Source of the DNA: Planctomycetota bacterium | GTDB lineage: Bacteria; Planctomycetota; B15-G4; JADJEK01 | Length of the DNA stretch: 64,000 bases | Reading direction: 5' to 3' | NCBI GenBank assembly: GCA_044225365.1 | Contig: JBGAIQ010000011.1 | Coordinates: forward strand, 64,001-128,000 | Shown: piece after piece, positions 1 to 9,810 of the stretch | How positions within the stretch are numbered: the stretch's first letter is position 1 | Layout of the letters: the number at the start of each line of letters is the position of its first letter | The notes under the pieces: model-generated | What the model saw: only the letters and a program-made list of their open reading frames with translations | Databases searched by the model: none | Told to the model about the DNA's origin: nothing | Program-made: the position numbers and the translations under genes

Positions 1-207
1 GACCGCAATCAGCGCGTACGAGACGACGACCGCAGGGCCCGCCTTTCCCGCCGCCGCGCCGATCGACGTGAAGATGCCGGCGCCGACGATGGCCCCGATC
101 CCGAGGAAGACGACGTCCTTCGCGCCGAGCACGCGCGAGAGCTTGTGCTGCTCGACGTCCGCGCTGTTCTTGATTTCGTCGATCGTCTTGATGCGGAAGA
201 GGTTCAA
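1..207 (-). CDS. APC-family amino acid permease, N-terminal part (runs off window start)
   Basis: Manual minus-strand translation from TTG at 207 (AGGAG RBS upstream): MNLFRIKTIDEIKNSADVEQHKLSRVLGAKDVVFLGIGAIVGAGIFTSIGAAAGKAGPAVVVSY. GIGAIVGAGIF and AGPAVVVSY are typical cationic amino acid permease TM1/TM2 motifs. Not in the ORF track because it is truncated. Confidence 0.85.
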   Translation of the reverse strand, partial: MNLFRIKTIDEIKNSADVEQHKLSRVLGAKDVVFLGIGAIVGAGIFTSIGAAAGKAGPAVVVSYALIAV

Positions 208-308
208 GGGGCTCTCCTACCAGGGCCGGCAAGGTGCATCGCGGAGCGCGGAAGCAGCGGATGATACCGAGCGAAGCGCGGCATGGGGAGATTCGCGCTG
301 CGCCCGAA

Positions 309-566
309 TGGTGGCGACGGATCGCAGCCGCCGCCGCCGCGGTGGTCACGGATCGCAGCCGCCGCCGCCGCGGTGGTGGTCACGGATCGCAGCCGCCGCC
401 GCGGTGGTCACGGATCGCAGCCGCCGCCGCCGCGGTGGTCACGGATCGCAGCCGCCGCCACCGCGGTGGTCACGGATCGCAGCCGCCGCCGCGGTGGTCA
501 CGGATCGCAGCCGCCGCCGCCGCGGTGGTCACGGATCGCAGCCGCCGCCGCGCAGCCGCCGCCGCC
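309..566. repeat. Tandem REP-like array A upstream of RAYT (8 copies of core ACGGATCGCAGCC)
   Basis: Cores start at 317, 348, 382, 410, 441, 472, 500 and 531. Periods are 28/31/34 bp, differing by GCC or GGT triplets. Each unit is an imperfect hairpin. Confidence 0.95.
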
Positions 567-649
567 GAATCGAGCGAATCGCAGTTCAATCGGTAATCGA
601 TCTGTCACCGAGGTCTGATGCGTGCGTTCAGCAAGTCGGGAGATTCCCA

Positions 650-1684
650 ATGAATCCAATGCGCTTCGATGAGCCGGACAGTTGGCATCACGTAATGAAC
701 CGCGCCCTAGGCCGAAAGTCGATGTTCGACTCCGAGAACGACTTTCAGCGTTTCATCGCTTGCATCGCCGATGTCGTCCAGCGGGGTCTGATCGAAATCC
801 ATGCTTATTGCTTCATGAGCACCCACTTTCATCTGTTGGTGCGAAGCCCGGTCGGCATGCTCGCCGCCGCCATGCGTGCGATTCAGTCTCCGTACGTGAT
901 GGACTACAATCAAGAGCGGGACCGAGATGGGCCGCTCGTTCGGGGCAGATATCGATCTCGATTGGTGGACTCGATCGTGTACCGAAGGGTCGTCGTGCGA
1001 TACATCGATCACAACCCGGTGGCCGCCGGAATGTCTCGAGTCGTCGGCGAGTACCCGCATTGCAGTGCCGCCGACTACGTGCGTCGGACTGGGCCCACAT
1101 GGCTCTCACGGGGTTGGATCGAAGCAGAGGTTCGGGAAGACTCGCGAACCGCGGAGTACGATCCCTCCCACTATCTCGCGGCCTTCGGGGCGGCTTCAAT
1201 GAGCGAACTGGTCGAGTTCGTCGATCAAAGGCTCGCCTGCCGAGGGACTCGCCACGATCCCCTCGATCGGATGTTGGAGTTGGGACCGCCTTTCGTCGCG
1301 AAATGGCTCGCGGAGAGAGCTCAGCTCGCAGACGCAATCGAGCCCTATGCGCCCGTGGCCTCAAATTCATCCGTCGATGCCGAGATCTCGAACCTTCGAG
1401 CGCGAGAAGGTGAATGGACGATTCACTCGAAGGGAGGAACGTACGACGCCTGGACGGTCTTGCGGGTGGGTCTGTCGCATGAGCTCGCGCGCACACGCAA
1501 GCGCGAGATCGCAAGATCGCTCGGATTGGCCGAAACCAAGGTCCATCGACTCCTCGGACTTCATCGAGTGTGGGCGTGTGCGAATCCCCACTACTCCACG
1601 CGCGCCGCCGCGGTCGCATCGCGCGCGGTCGAGCGCTCGGTAGTGGGGCGGCGTTTGATCATTCCAGAGCTGACGATGGCGTAA
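650..1684 (+). mobile_element. REP-associated tyrosine transposase (RAYT, Y1 HUH / IS200-like) with C-terminal extension
   Basis: ATG 650 with GGGAG RBS. WHHVMNR N-terminal motif, AYCFMSTHFHLL HUH motif, RYIDHNPVAAG catalytic Tyr motif. C-terminal HTH-like segment (REIARSLGLAETKVHRLL). Flanked by repeat arrays in inverted orientation. Confidence 0.88.
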
Positions 1685-1690
1685 AACGCT

Positions 1691-1866
1691 GGCGGCGGTG
1701 GCTGCGATCCGTATCCGCCGGATCTCGGCGGCGGTGGCTGCGATCCGTATCCGCCGGATCTCGGCGGCGGTGGCTGCGATCCGTATCCGCCGGATCTCGG
1801 CGGCGGTGGCTGCGATCCGTATCCGCCGGATGCGGCGGCGGTGGCTGCGATCCGCAACCGCCGGAA
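1691..1866. repeat. Tandem REP-like array B downstream of RAYT (5 copies, 36-bp unit)
   Basis: Unit GGCGGCGGTGGCTGCGATCCGTATCCGCCGGATCTC starts at 1691, 1727, 1763, 1799 and 1834 (last copy divergent). Core GGCTGCGATCCG is the reverse complement of the array A core. Confidence 0.95.
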
Positions 1867-1875
1867 TGCGAAACC

Positions 1876-4503
1876 TCAGTTCTCCCAATCCTTCGCGGCC
1901 TTGCGGCGGTCGTCGAGCGACGCGTCGGGTTCGTACCCGCGGCGGGAGCCGTAGCGGGCCTCCAGCGCGTCGATCGCGGTGCTCCGCGCGTCCGCGTCGG
2001 ACGACAAGAGGAGCTGCACCAGATCGACCTTCGCCGCATTGTCGCCGAGGAGCAGCCGCGCGCGAGCGGAGTGCGCGAGCGCCACCTCGGGGCTGCCCGC
2101 CGACGCCGGGAACTTCCCCTGCGCGACGAGCGACCGGACGCGATCCCCATGACGCCGCAGGGCGGGGACGGCCTCCGGATCCCCGATCTCCCCGAGCGCG
2201 AACGCGGCCCACGACGCGACGGACACGACCGGATCGCGCAGCGCCGAGATCAGGGCCGGGACCGCGTCCGGGTCCTTCGTCTCCGCGAGCAACGAGCACA
2301 ACAGCCGACGCTTCTCCGCGAACCCGGGCGGGTACTTCAGCCCGAGCACGAGGGCGGGGACCGCGTCGGCGCCCATCCCGCGCAGCGTCTCGCACGTCTT
2401 CTCGTCGGGCGGCGCGGCTGCCTCAGGATCCGCGAGGCCCTCGACGAGCTTCCATGCCGCCGCGTTCTTCATCGGGTCGACCTTTCGCGGATGGCGCAAC
2501 TTCTCCGCCCCATGCGCCGCGCTCTCGGCCCACCACTGTCGCAATCGCATCAACGATGCGAGTCGCTCGTCCCGCGGCGCGAGCGGCTCGTATCCCATGT
2601 GTTGTCCCGCGACGGCGAAGAACGCCTCGAAGAAACTCTCCCGCACGAGATCGTCCTCGTAGTCGAGTCCATCGAGCAACGTGTCCATCCCGCTCGGATC
2701 CCCGAGGATCGCGAGGACCTTGGCGAGATCGCGCCGCGTCTCCGGGAACGAAACGCGCGCGAGCGCGGCCTGGACCTCCGAAACGGCCGCCGCGTCCTTC
2801 AGCTTCCCGAGCGCGAGCGCGGCCGAACGAACGACGTCGGCATCGAGGTCGACGAGCAACTTGCGCAACGCCCCGCTCGCGCCCTTCATTCCCGCTGCCC
2901 CGGCGAGGTCCGCTGCGCTCATGCGATCGATTGCGTTCTCAGCACCGAGCGCAGTGATCGTCACCGCCTCGGCTGCGGCATCGCCGCCCTTCCATCCCAT
3001 CTTCACGAGCAGCGCCCGCGCATGGAACCGCACGTAGAGCGCGTCGCTTCCGTCCTTGTTCTTCTCGAGCGCGAGGGCCTTCACCACCGCGGGGATCGCC
3101 TTCTCGCCCATGTTCTGCAGCGCTTGCATCGACTGATTGAACGTCTTGTTGTCCCACGAACCGAGGCCTTCGATGAGCGCCGGAATCGCCTTCTCGCCGA
3201 GCGCCGTGAGCCGCGCGACCGCCTTGCGGTTCGCCTCGGGCACCGGGAAATGAAGGAGGTCCATCAGCTTCTGGATCGACTCGGCGTCTTCACCCTGCGG
3301 GATGTCGACATCGACCTTGCCGATCGGCGGCCGCGCATAGTCGACGAGATTCGCCGGACCCGCGACCTCGGGCGATACCGAATCGGGCGTCGAGACCTTC
3401 ACCTCGGGCTCCGACTCGACCGTCTTGTCCGAGGGCGTGATGCCGTCGAACACGAGACTGCGCGACTCGAGCAGCCGCGCGAGCTCCGGATGGAAGTCCT
3501 CGATCGGGTAGTACAGCTTGTAGTGCAGCTCGGTGCGAACCGTTCCATTCGGCGTCTTCAGCGGGACGCGATGCTCCCGGGTCTCTCCGGGCTTGATCTG
3601 CGTGTTGATCGGCAGGTTCAGCCCGTAAGGTCGCTTGTAGGGGTCGCGGAAGACCATTCGGGACCGGGCGATCTCCTTGCCGTCGGCGTCGAGGACGACG
3701 ACGAGGGACTCGACCGCCCGCTGCTTCAGCTCGGTCGGGAAATGGTGACCGGCTCCTTTGTTCGTAACGTGGATTACGGCCTCGTTACCCTCGATGGTGG
3801 CTTCGTACGAGTACGCCCGCTTCAGCTGCGACTCGCTGCGCGACGCCGGAAACGCATGGGTGTGCCCCTGCCGCACCGGCCCATCCTTCGCGATGGGCCG
3901 CATCACGGACTCCATGTGGCAGTCGGTGCACACGAGCCCCGCGAGCTTGCCCGTCGGCGCGATCTCCCACTGATACGGCGTGCCGTGGTTGCGATGGCAC
4001 GACGCGCACGCCTCCACCTCGCCCACCCGCGGATCGAACGCCTTCACGCAATCCGCGCCGCCCTCGAACTTCGCGTAGTCCACCCCCTGCTTCCAATGGC
4101 AGGTCATGCAGGTGTTGCCTTCTTCGAGATCGTGAAAGCGCCGCAGCGGGTTCATTCCCATGCCCGTTTCGAAGATCGGGCGCGGCGTATGACAACGGAT
4201 GCAGTCGCCGTGGTCGAAGCGTCCCGTCGCGAGTCGAACTTCTTCGTCCGTGAACGCTCGCCCGTGCGTGTTCTGCGCGTGCTCGGCGAAGATCGCCGTG
4301 TGGCATTTGCCGCAGAACTCGCTCGTCATCACACGATCGTAGTGCGCCTGCTTCATCTCGATCGCCTCGACCGCGAGCTTGCTGCCCGAGTCGACGAGCT
4401 GTGGCTTCGCTCCTCCTTCTTGGTTGCTCGTGAGATCGCACGCGACGAACGCCGCGACGCCGATGAGACCGATGAACGAGAGGGCTGGACGAATGCGCGA
4501 CAT
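1876..4503 (-). CDS. Pentaheme c-type cytochrome lipoprotein fused to HEAT/PBS-lyase repeats
   Basis: Likely start MSRIRPALS (ATG 4503, AGAGGA RBS). Lipobox-like AAFVAC. Five CxxCH motifs (CGKCH, CIRCH, CMTCH, CASCH, CTDCH). GAGHHFPT motif. C-terminal HEAT repeats (AIPALIEGL, VRSAALALGKL, AVPALISALRD). Confidence 0.85.
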   Translation of the reverse strand: MSRIRPALSFIGLIGVAAFVACDLTSNQEGGAKPQLVDSGSKLAVEAIEMKQAHYDRVMTSEFCGKCHTAIFAEHAQNTHGRAFTDEEVRLATGRFDHGDCIRCHTPRPIFETGMGMNPLRRFHDLEEGNTCMTCHWKQGVDYAKFEGGADCVKAFDPRVGEVEACASCHRNHGTPYQWEIAPTGKLAGLVCTDCHMESVMRPIAKDGPVRQGHTHAFPASRSESQLKRAYSYEATIEGNEAVIHVTNKGAGHHFPTELKQRAVESLVVVLDADGKEIARSRMVFRDPYKRPYGLNLPINTQIKPGETREHRVPLKTPNGTVRTELHYKLYYPIEDFHPELARLLESRSLVFDGITPSDKTVESEPEVKVSTPDSVSPEVAGPANLVDYARPPIGKVDVDIPQGEDAESIQKLMDLLHFPVPEANRKAVARLTALGEKAIPALIEGLGSWDNKTFNQSMQALQNMGEKAIPAVVKALALEKNKDGSDALYVRFHARALLVKMGWKGGDAAAEAVTITALGAENAIDRMSAADLAGAAGMKGASGALRKLLVDLDADVVRSAALALGKLKDAAAVSEVQAALARVSFPETRRDLAKVLAILGDPSGMDTLLDGLDYEDDLVRESFFEAFFAVAGQHMGYEPLAPRDERLASLMRLRQWWAESAAHGAEKLRHPRKVDPMKNAAAWKLVEGLADPEAAAPPDEKTCETLRGMGADAVPALVLGLKYPPGFAEKRRLLCSLLAETKDPDAVPALISALRDPVVSVASWAAFALGEIGDPEAVPALRRHGDRVRSLVAQGKFPASAGSPEVALAHSARARLLLGDNAAKVDLVQLLLSSDADARSTAIDALEARYGSRRGYEPDASLDDRRKAAKDWEN

Positions 4504-4621
4504 ACGAGTCCTCTTGCGGGAGAGGCGGGTAGATGGGGCAACGGAAGGAGTCGCGACCCTTGCAACGTCCATGCCGCGTGAGATTCGAGTTCGTTTCGCT
4601 ATGCTGACCGCGAGAATGCGC

Positions 4622-5383
4622 ATGCCCACGTCCATCTCGGCGATTCGATGGAGCCTCGGCTTCTGCGCCCTTGCGCTGGCGTGCGAATTCGCGTGCTCGT
4701 CGCGCACCCCGCAAGAATCGGGGGAATGCACCGACGCTACGAAATCCGCCGATCGTCACCGCGAGCTGATCGTGGTGATCCATGGTTTCGGGCCGACCGA
4801 AGAACTCTGCGAACCCCTCGCGCAAAAGCTCGCGGCCGAAGGATACGAGACGTTGGTGTTCGAATACCCGAGCACCACGACGTCGGTCGAAACCGGGCGC
4901 GATGACCTGCTCGATCTCTTCGACGAGCTCGACTCCGATCGATCGATCCCGCGCTTCCATCTCGTGACGCACAGCATGGGCGGCATCGTCACGCGCGCAG
5001 CCCTTGCGGAATCCCGCCCTCGGAAACTCGGACGCATCGTGATGATCGCGCCGCCGAATCGCGGTTCACCGGTCGCCGACTTCTTCGCGCCGCTGTTCTC
5101 ATGGTGCCTTCCGCCTTTGGCGGAACTCGGCACCGACGCGTCGTGCCTCGTCAATCGTCTGCCCGCGATCGATTCCGTCGACGTCGGCATCCTCGCGGGC
5201 GCCAACGACTGGACGGTGCCGGCTCCCTACACGCGTCTCGACGGCGCCACCGATCTCATCGTGCTCGAGGACCGCGGCTTCGCATCGACGCACAACGGCC
5301 TCATCCTCACGAACGACGAGACGGAGCGGCAGGTGCTCACGTTCTTGCAGCGCGGCGCATTCGACCACGCGACCTTGCGCTGA
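4622..5383 (+). CDS. Alpha/beta hydrolase (lipase/esterase-like), probable lipoprotein
   Basis: VVIHGF oxyanion motif, THSMGG nucleophile elbow, APPNRGS, C-terminal His (THNGL). Hydrophobic N-terminus with Cys. Start uncertain (4601 or 4622). Confidence 0.8.
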   Translation: MPTSISAIRWSLGFCALALACEFACSSRTPQESGECTDATKSADRHRELIVVIHGFGPTEELCEPLAQKLAAEGYETLVFEYPSTTTSVETGRDDLLDLFDELDSDRSIPRFHLVTHSMGGIVTRAALAESRPRKLGRIVMIAPPNRGSPVADFFAPLFSWCLPPLAELGTDASCLVNRLPAIDSVDVGILAGANDWTVPAPYTRLDGATDLIVLEDRGFASTHNGLILTNDETERQVLTFLQRGAFDHATLR

Positions 5384-5395
5384 TCGTCCGCTCGC

Positions 5396-6877
5396 TCACG
5401 CCAGCAGCTCGTTCACCACGTTCCCGGCGACATCCGTGAGCCGGAAATCGCGACCCTGGAAGCGGTACGTCAGCTTCTCGTGATCGATGCCGAGGCAATG
5501 CAGCACGGTCGCGTTGAAGTCGTGCACGTGAACCGGCTTCTTCACGATGTTGTAGCCGAAGTCGTCGGTCTCGCCGTGGACCACGCCGCCCTTCACGCCG
5601 CCGCCCGCCATCCACACTGTGAAGCAACGCGGATGATGATCGCGCCCGTAGTTCTCGTGCGTGAGTCGACCCTGACAGTAGATCGTGCGCCCGAATTCGG
5701 TCGCCCAGACGACGAGCGTGTCGTCGAGCATTCCGCGCTGCTTCAGATCGGTGATGAGCGCGGCGCACGGTTGATCGACATCGCGGCACTGCAGCGGCAG
5801 ATCGCCCGTGAGGTTTTCATGCTGATCCCAGTTGCGATGGAACAACTGGACGAACCGCACGTCGCGCTCGGCGAGGCGACGCGCGAGCAACGCATTGCGC
5901 GCGAACGATCCTGGACGTTCGACATCGGGTCCATAGAGATCGAGGACGCTCTTCGGCTCATTGCGAAGATCGACGAGGTCCGGTACGGAGCGCTGCATTC
6001 GGAACGCCATCTCGTACTGCGTGATCCGCGTGAGCGTCTCCGGGTCGCCGACTTGTTCATGCTCCTTCGCGTTCAGCTTCGCCAAACCGTCGAGCATTCG
6101 GCGTCGTGTCTTCGTGTCGATTCCCGCGGGATCCGTGAGATAGAGCACGGGATCGCCCTGCGATCGCAGCGCGACGCCCTGATGCACCGTCGGCAGGAAT
6201 CCCGACCCCCACAACTTCGAGAACAACGCCTGCGCATCGCGCTTCGCGCTGCCCATCGAGGTGAGAACGACGAACGCCGGAAGATCGCGATTCTCACTGC
6301 CGAGTCCATACGACATCCACGCACCGAGACTCGGTCGCCCGGGGATCTCGCTGCCCGTCGTCATGAACGTGATCGCCGGATCGTGATTGATCGCGTTCGT
6401 GTTCAGAGACTTCACGATGCACAGATCGTCGGCGACGCGCGACAGATGCGGCAGGAGCTCCGAGATCTCCGCACCCGATTCGCCGTATCGCTGGAACGAA
6501 TATCGCGTGGGAGCGATCGCGAAGCGCGATTGTCCCGACGTCATCGTCGTGATGCGTTGCCCGTTCCGAATCGACTCCGGAAGGTCCTTGTCGAACCAGT
6601 CCGCCATCTTCGGCTTGTAGTCGAAGAGATCGAGCTGCGATGGGCCGTCGGCCATGAACAGATAGATGACTCGTTTCGCTCGCGGGCGGATGTGAGTGCG
6701 GCCGTCGAGCGCGCCGAGTCGCGGGCCGTTGGCGGTCGCCCCTGCGGCGGGAGCGAGGAGAGAAGCCAGCGCCGCCGAGCCGATGCCCGTCGCCGTGCGG
6801 CCGAAGAACATCCGGCGGGTGAGGAGCTCTTGGCGCTCACGGAGCGGATCGTGCGGTGCGTCGTTCATCGCTCTCAT
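5396..6877 (-). CDS. DUF1501 domain protein (planctomycete type, Tat-like signal)
   Basis: TRRMFF twin-Arg-like motif. [37 protein letters not shown] and [11 protein letters not shown] motifs. ATGA overlap with the upstream gene at 6874-6877. Confidence 0.88.
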   Translation of the reverse strand: MRAMNDAPHDPLRERQELLTRRMFFGRTATGIGSAALASLLAPAAGATANGPRLGALDGRTHIRPRAKRVIYLFMADGPSQLDLFDYKPKMADWFDKDLPESIRNGQRITTMTSGQSRFAIAPTRYSFQRYGESGAEISELLPHLSRVADDLCIVKSLNTNAINHDPAITFMTTGSEIPGRPSLGAWMSYGLGSENRDLPAFVVLTSMGSAKRDAQALFSKLWGSGFLPTVHQGVALRSQGDPVLYLTDPAGIDTKTRRRMLDGLAKLNAKEHEQVGDPETLTRITQYEMAFRMQRSVPDLVDLRNEPKSVLDLYGPDVERPGSFARNALLARRLAERDVRFVQLFHRNWDQHENLTGDLPLQCRDVDQPCAALITDLKQRGMLDDTLVVWATEFGRTIYCQGRLTHENYGRDHHPRCFTVWMAGGGVKGGVVHGETDDFGYNIVKKPVHVHDFNATVLHCLGIDHEKLTYRFQGRDFRLTDVAGNVVNELLA

Positions 6878-9720
6878 CCTCTCGTGATCGCCGCGTCGAG
6901 ATTGAGCAACAGGCTCGCCACGATCGTCCACGCCGCTTCCTCGCTCGCGTCCAGCGCGGGATCGCCCGCTTTCTCTCCGACCGTCAGGAGCTGTTTCGCC
7001 GCCTCCCCGTTCTTCCGATACTCGATGCGCTGCGCGTCGAGTACTTCACGAAGGATCGCGACGTCCGCCGCGTCGGCGGAGAGCGACGTCGTGAGCTGGT
7101 AGCCGAACGCGAGTCGCTCGTCGTCCGTCGCTCCTCCTTCCTTCAGAAGGCGCTGCGCGAGGAAACGCGAAGCTTCGACGTACTGCACGTCGTTCATGAG
7201 CGCGAGCGCCTGGAGCGGCGTATTGGTGTTCGAACGCTGGACGCAGCAACGTTCACGCGACGGCGCGTCGAATGCCGTGAGCGACGGCGGCGGCGCCGTC
7301 CGCTTCCAGAACGTGTAGAGACCGCGGCGATAGAGCGCCTCGCCCTTGTCCTGCGTGTAGTGCGACGTGTTGCTCGTCGGATACGCGACGGCCTGCCAGA
7401 TACCATCGGGCTGATAGGGCTTGACGCTCGGGCCACCGACGCGTTCGACGAGCAATCCCGAAACGAAGAGCGCGGTGTCGCGGATCTCCTCGGCATCGAG
7501 TCGGAAGCGCGCGCCGCGCCCGAACAGGCGATTCTTGGGATCGCGCTCGATCTGGTCCTTCGTTGCGTGCGAGGACTCGCGATAGGTCGACGAGTTCACG
7601 ATGAGCCGGATCATGTGGCGTAGATCCCATCCGCTCTCGACGAATTCGACCGCGAGCCAATCGAGCAACTCGGGATGCGAGGGCGGCGCGCTACGCAGGC
7701 CGAAATCCTCGACCGTTTCGACGAGGCCGATGCCGAAGAACCGCTGCCACAGTCGATTCATCGTGACGCGCGCGAGTAGCGGATTCCTGGGATCGACGAC
7801 CCACGCGGCGAGAGTGAGACGATTCGGTTGCGCGCCGGCTTTGTCCGCGAGCGCCGGCAGCGGCGGGAGAATCGCAGGCGTGCGCGGTTCGACGGGATCG
7901 CCCTTCCGGTCGTACTGCCCTCGGTTCAGGAAGTACGCCTGGCGGCGCATCGACGACTCGGCGGCCACGAGAGTGTCGGGAATCGCGGCCTCGACCGCCG
8001 CGCGCTCGGCTTCGAGCTTCTTCCGTCGCGCGTCGAGTTCGGCGTACCGTGCGTCGGTCGCGGCACGGAAGTATCGGCGAATCGCGGTGCGATCCTGCGC
8101 ATCGCGTGCGTCCTCGGATTTCGCGAAGAGCGCTGCGACTTCGTCGGGAACGGCCTCGCTCGACGTCGAGATCCGGAACAGTCCCATCGCGTGGCGGGCG
8201 AACACCGAGTGGAACACGAGGGTCGCTCGTACCCGCGTGCCGCCTTCGTAACCGAACGGGGCTTTGGCCGCGAAGCGCGCGACGCGAGCCTCGGGCTTGT
8301 ACTCGATCGCCCAACCCGTGTTCGTCGGATCGCCGTCGATCGCATTCTCGACCGGAAACCCCGGCTGTGAGAAATCCGCCTTCGCCGAAGCAAGGGCGAT
8401 GGGCGCGAAGGGGGTCGAGCCATCGAGCGGCGCCGCCTCCACCTTCAGATCGGTCAGTACGAAGTTCGAGTTGTCGGCCCTGCCGATTCCGTTCTGAGCG
8501 CAGCTCTCGTGCTTCAGGCACTCGACGCGCAGCGCATGGATCGCCCTCTCCTTCGTCTCGAACTCGACGATGTATGAGTCCTTGTCCGGGTTCTTGCCCG
8601 AAGGAAGGATCGAGCCGTCCGGCTGCGCGGTGAGCGTCGAGCCTCCTTCCGTCTCGAGGCGGGTCGGTGTCGCGACCTTCCACTGCGCCTTCAGGCGGTC
8701 TCCCCAATCCTTCTCGAAAGCCGTTTGCGCGGCCTCGAGCAGAGGATCGTCCTTGTCCTCCTCCGCCCGCACGCTCGTCAGCTTCCCATCGAGATCGGCG
8801 AGAGCGGCCTCTTGTTCCCGCGTTGGAGCCTTGATGTAGGGCGGCGGGTTGTGGATGTTCTCGTCCGTGCCCTTCTCGGCGAGGTTGTTGAAGAACGCGT
8901 AGAGCTGATAGAACTCTTTCTGCGTGAACGGGTCGTACTTGTGATCGTGGCACTGCGCGCAACCGAGCGTGCTCCCGAGCCAGATCGTCGAGAACGTCTC
9001 CGTGCGATCGATCGCGTACTTGACGAGGTATTCCTCCTCGATCAAGCCGCCCTCGGCGGTCGTCGGATTGCAGCGCAAGAATCCCGTCGCGATGCGTTGA
9101 TCGAGCGTGGGCTTCGGCAACAGATCGCCCGCGAGCTGCTCGGTCGTGAAGCGGTCGAAGGGCATGTTCTGCGCGAACGCGTCGATGACCCAATCGCGAT
9201 AACGCCAGATGCTGCGCTCGTTGTCGAGGTGATACCCGTGCGTGTCGCCGAAGCGCGCGACGTCGAGCCAGTCCTTCGCCATGCGCTCGGCGTGACGTGG
9301 CGACTTCAGGAGCCGCTCCACGACGTTCGAGTAGGCGTCCTTCGAGTCGTCGTTCCGATACGCGTCGATCTCCGCGGGCGTCGGCGGCAGTCCCGTGAGG
9401 TCGAACGTGACCTTTCGCAGCTCTTCTTCCTTCGTCGCCGGAGGATTCGGCGCGATGCCTTCCGACTCCAGCTTGCGCAACACGAACGCATCGATGGGCG
9501 TCGCCACGAACGACGGAACCGCGACCGCCGGCACTTCCGGCCGGCGCGGGGCGACGTAGGCCCAGTGCGTGCGCTTTGCGAGGTCTTTCGCTTCTTGGTC
9601 GCGTTCGAGTCGAGCGCTGTCGATCGCCGACTCCGCTCGCGGCGGGTCCGCGGCGAACCCGCGCGTCGCGACGGTCAGCAGCGACAGCGTTGCGACGGCG
9701 CGCAGGGCGAAGCTTCGCAT
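6874..9720 (-). CDS. DUF1549/DUF1553 (PSCyt2/PSD1) planctomycete cytochrome-like secreted protein
   Basis: Signal peptide. [68 protein letters not shown] and NTPLQAL motifs. Confidence 0.9.
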   Translation of the reverse strand: MRSFALRAVATLSLLTVATRGFAADPPRAESAIDSARLERDQEAKDLAKRTHWAYVAPRRPEVPAVAVPSFVATPIDAFVLRKLESEGIAPNPPATKEEELRKVTFDLTGLPPTPAEIDAYRNDDSKDAYSNVVERLLKSPRHAERMAKDWLDVARFGDTHGYHLDNERSIWRYRDWVIDAFAQNMPFDRFTTEQLAGDLLPKPTLDQRIATGFLRCNPTTAEGGLIEEEYLVKYAIDRTETFSTIWLGSTLGCAQCHDHKYDPFTQKEFYQLYAFFNNLAEKGTDENIHNPPPYIKAPTREQEAALADLDGKLTSVRAEEDKDDPLLEAAQTAFEKDWGDRLKAQWKVATPTRLETEGGSTLTAQPDGSILPSGKNPDKDSYIVEFETKERAIHALRVECLKHESCAQNGIGRADNSNFVLTDLKVEAAPLDGSTPFAPIALASAKADFSQPGFPVENAIDGDPTNTGWAIEYKPEARVARFAAKAPFGYEGGTRVRATLVFHSVFARHAMGLFRISTSSEAVPDEVAALFAKSEDARDAQDRTAIRRYFRAATDARYAELDARRKKLEAERAAVEAAIPDTLVAAESSMRRQAYFLNRGQYDRKGDPVEPRTPAILPPLPALADKAGAQPNRLTLAAWVVDPRNPLLARVTMNRLWQRFFGIGLVETVEDFGLRSAPPSHPELLDWLAVEFVESGWDLRHMIRLIVNSSTYRESSHATKDQIERDPKNRLFGRGARFRLDAEEIRDTALFVSGLLVERVGGPSVKPYQPDGIWQAVAYPTSNTSHYTQDKGEALYRRGLYTFWKRTAPPPSLTAFDAPSRERCCVQRSNTNTPLQALALMNDVQYVEASRFLAQRLLKEGGATDDERLAFGYQLTTSLSADAADVAILREVLDAQRIEYRKNGEAAKQLLTVGEKAGDPALDASEEAAWTIVASLLLNLDAAITRG

Positions 9721-9810
9721 CCGATCGACTCCGGGTGGGAGGAACGCAGACCCCAGAGTCTAACCGCGGAACGGTATGCCGGCGAGCGGGCGCGGGCTCG
9801 AACGCCTCGT

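Noticed and set aside
68-649. N-terminal extension of the 538-aa ORF and other GGHGSQPPPPR / RIAAAA repeat ORFs
   Set aside because: These are read-through of the DNA repeat and the antisense of the permease. The transposase has its own RBS and ATG at 650.
1570-4581. 1003-aa plus-strand ORF (and similar long antisense ORFs such as 8725-10866, 19060-20892, 37376-39433)
   Set aside because: Shadow ORFs opposite well-supported genes in high-GC DNA. Arg-rich with no family motifs.
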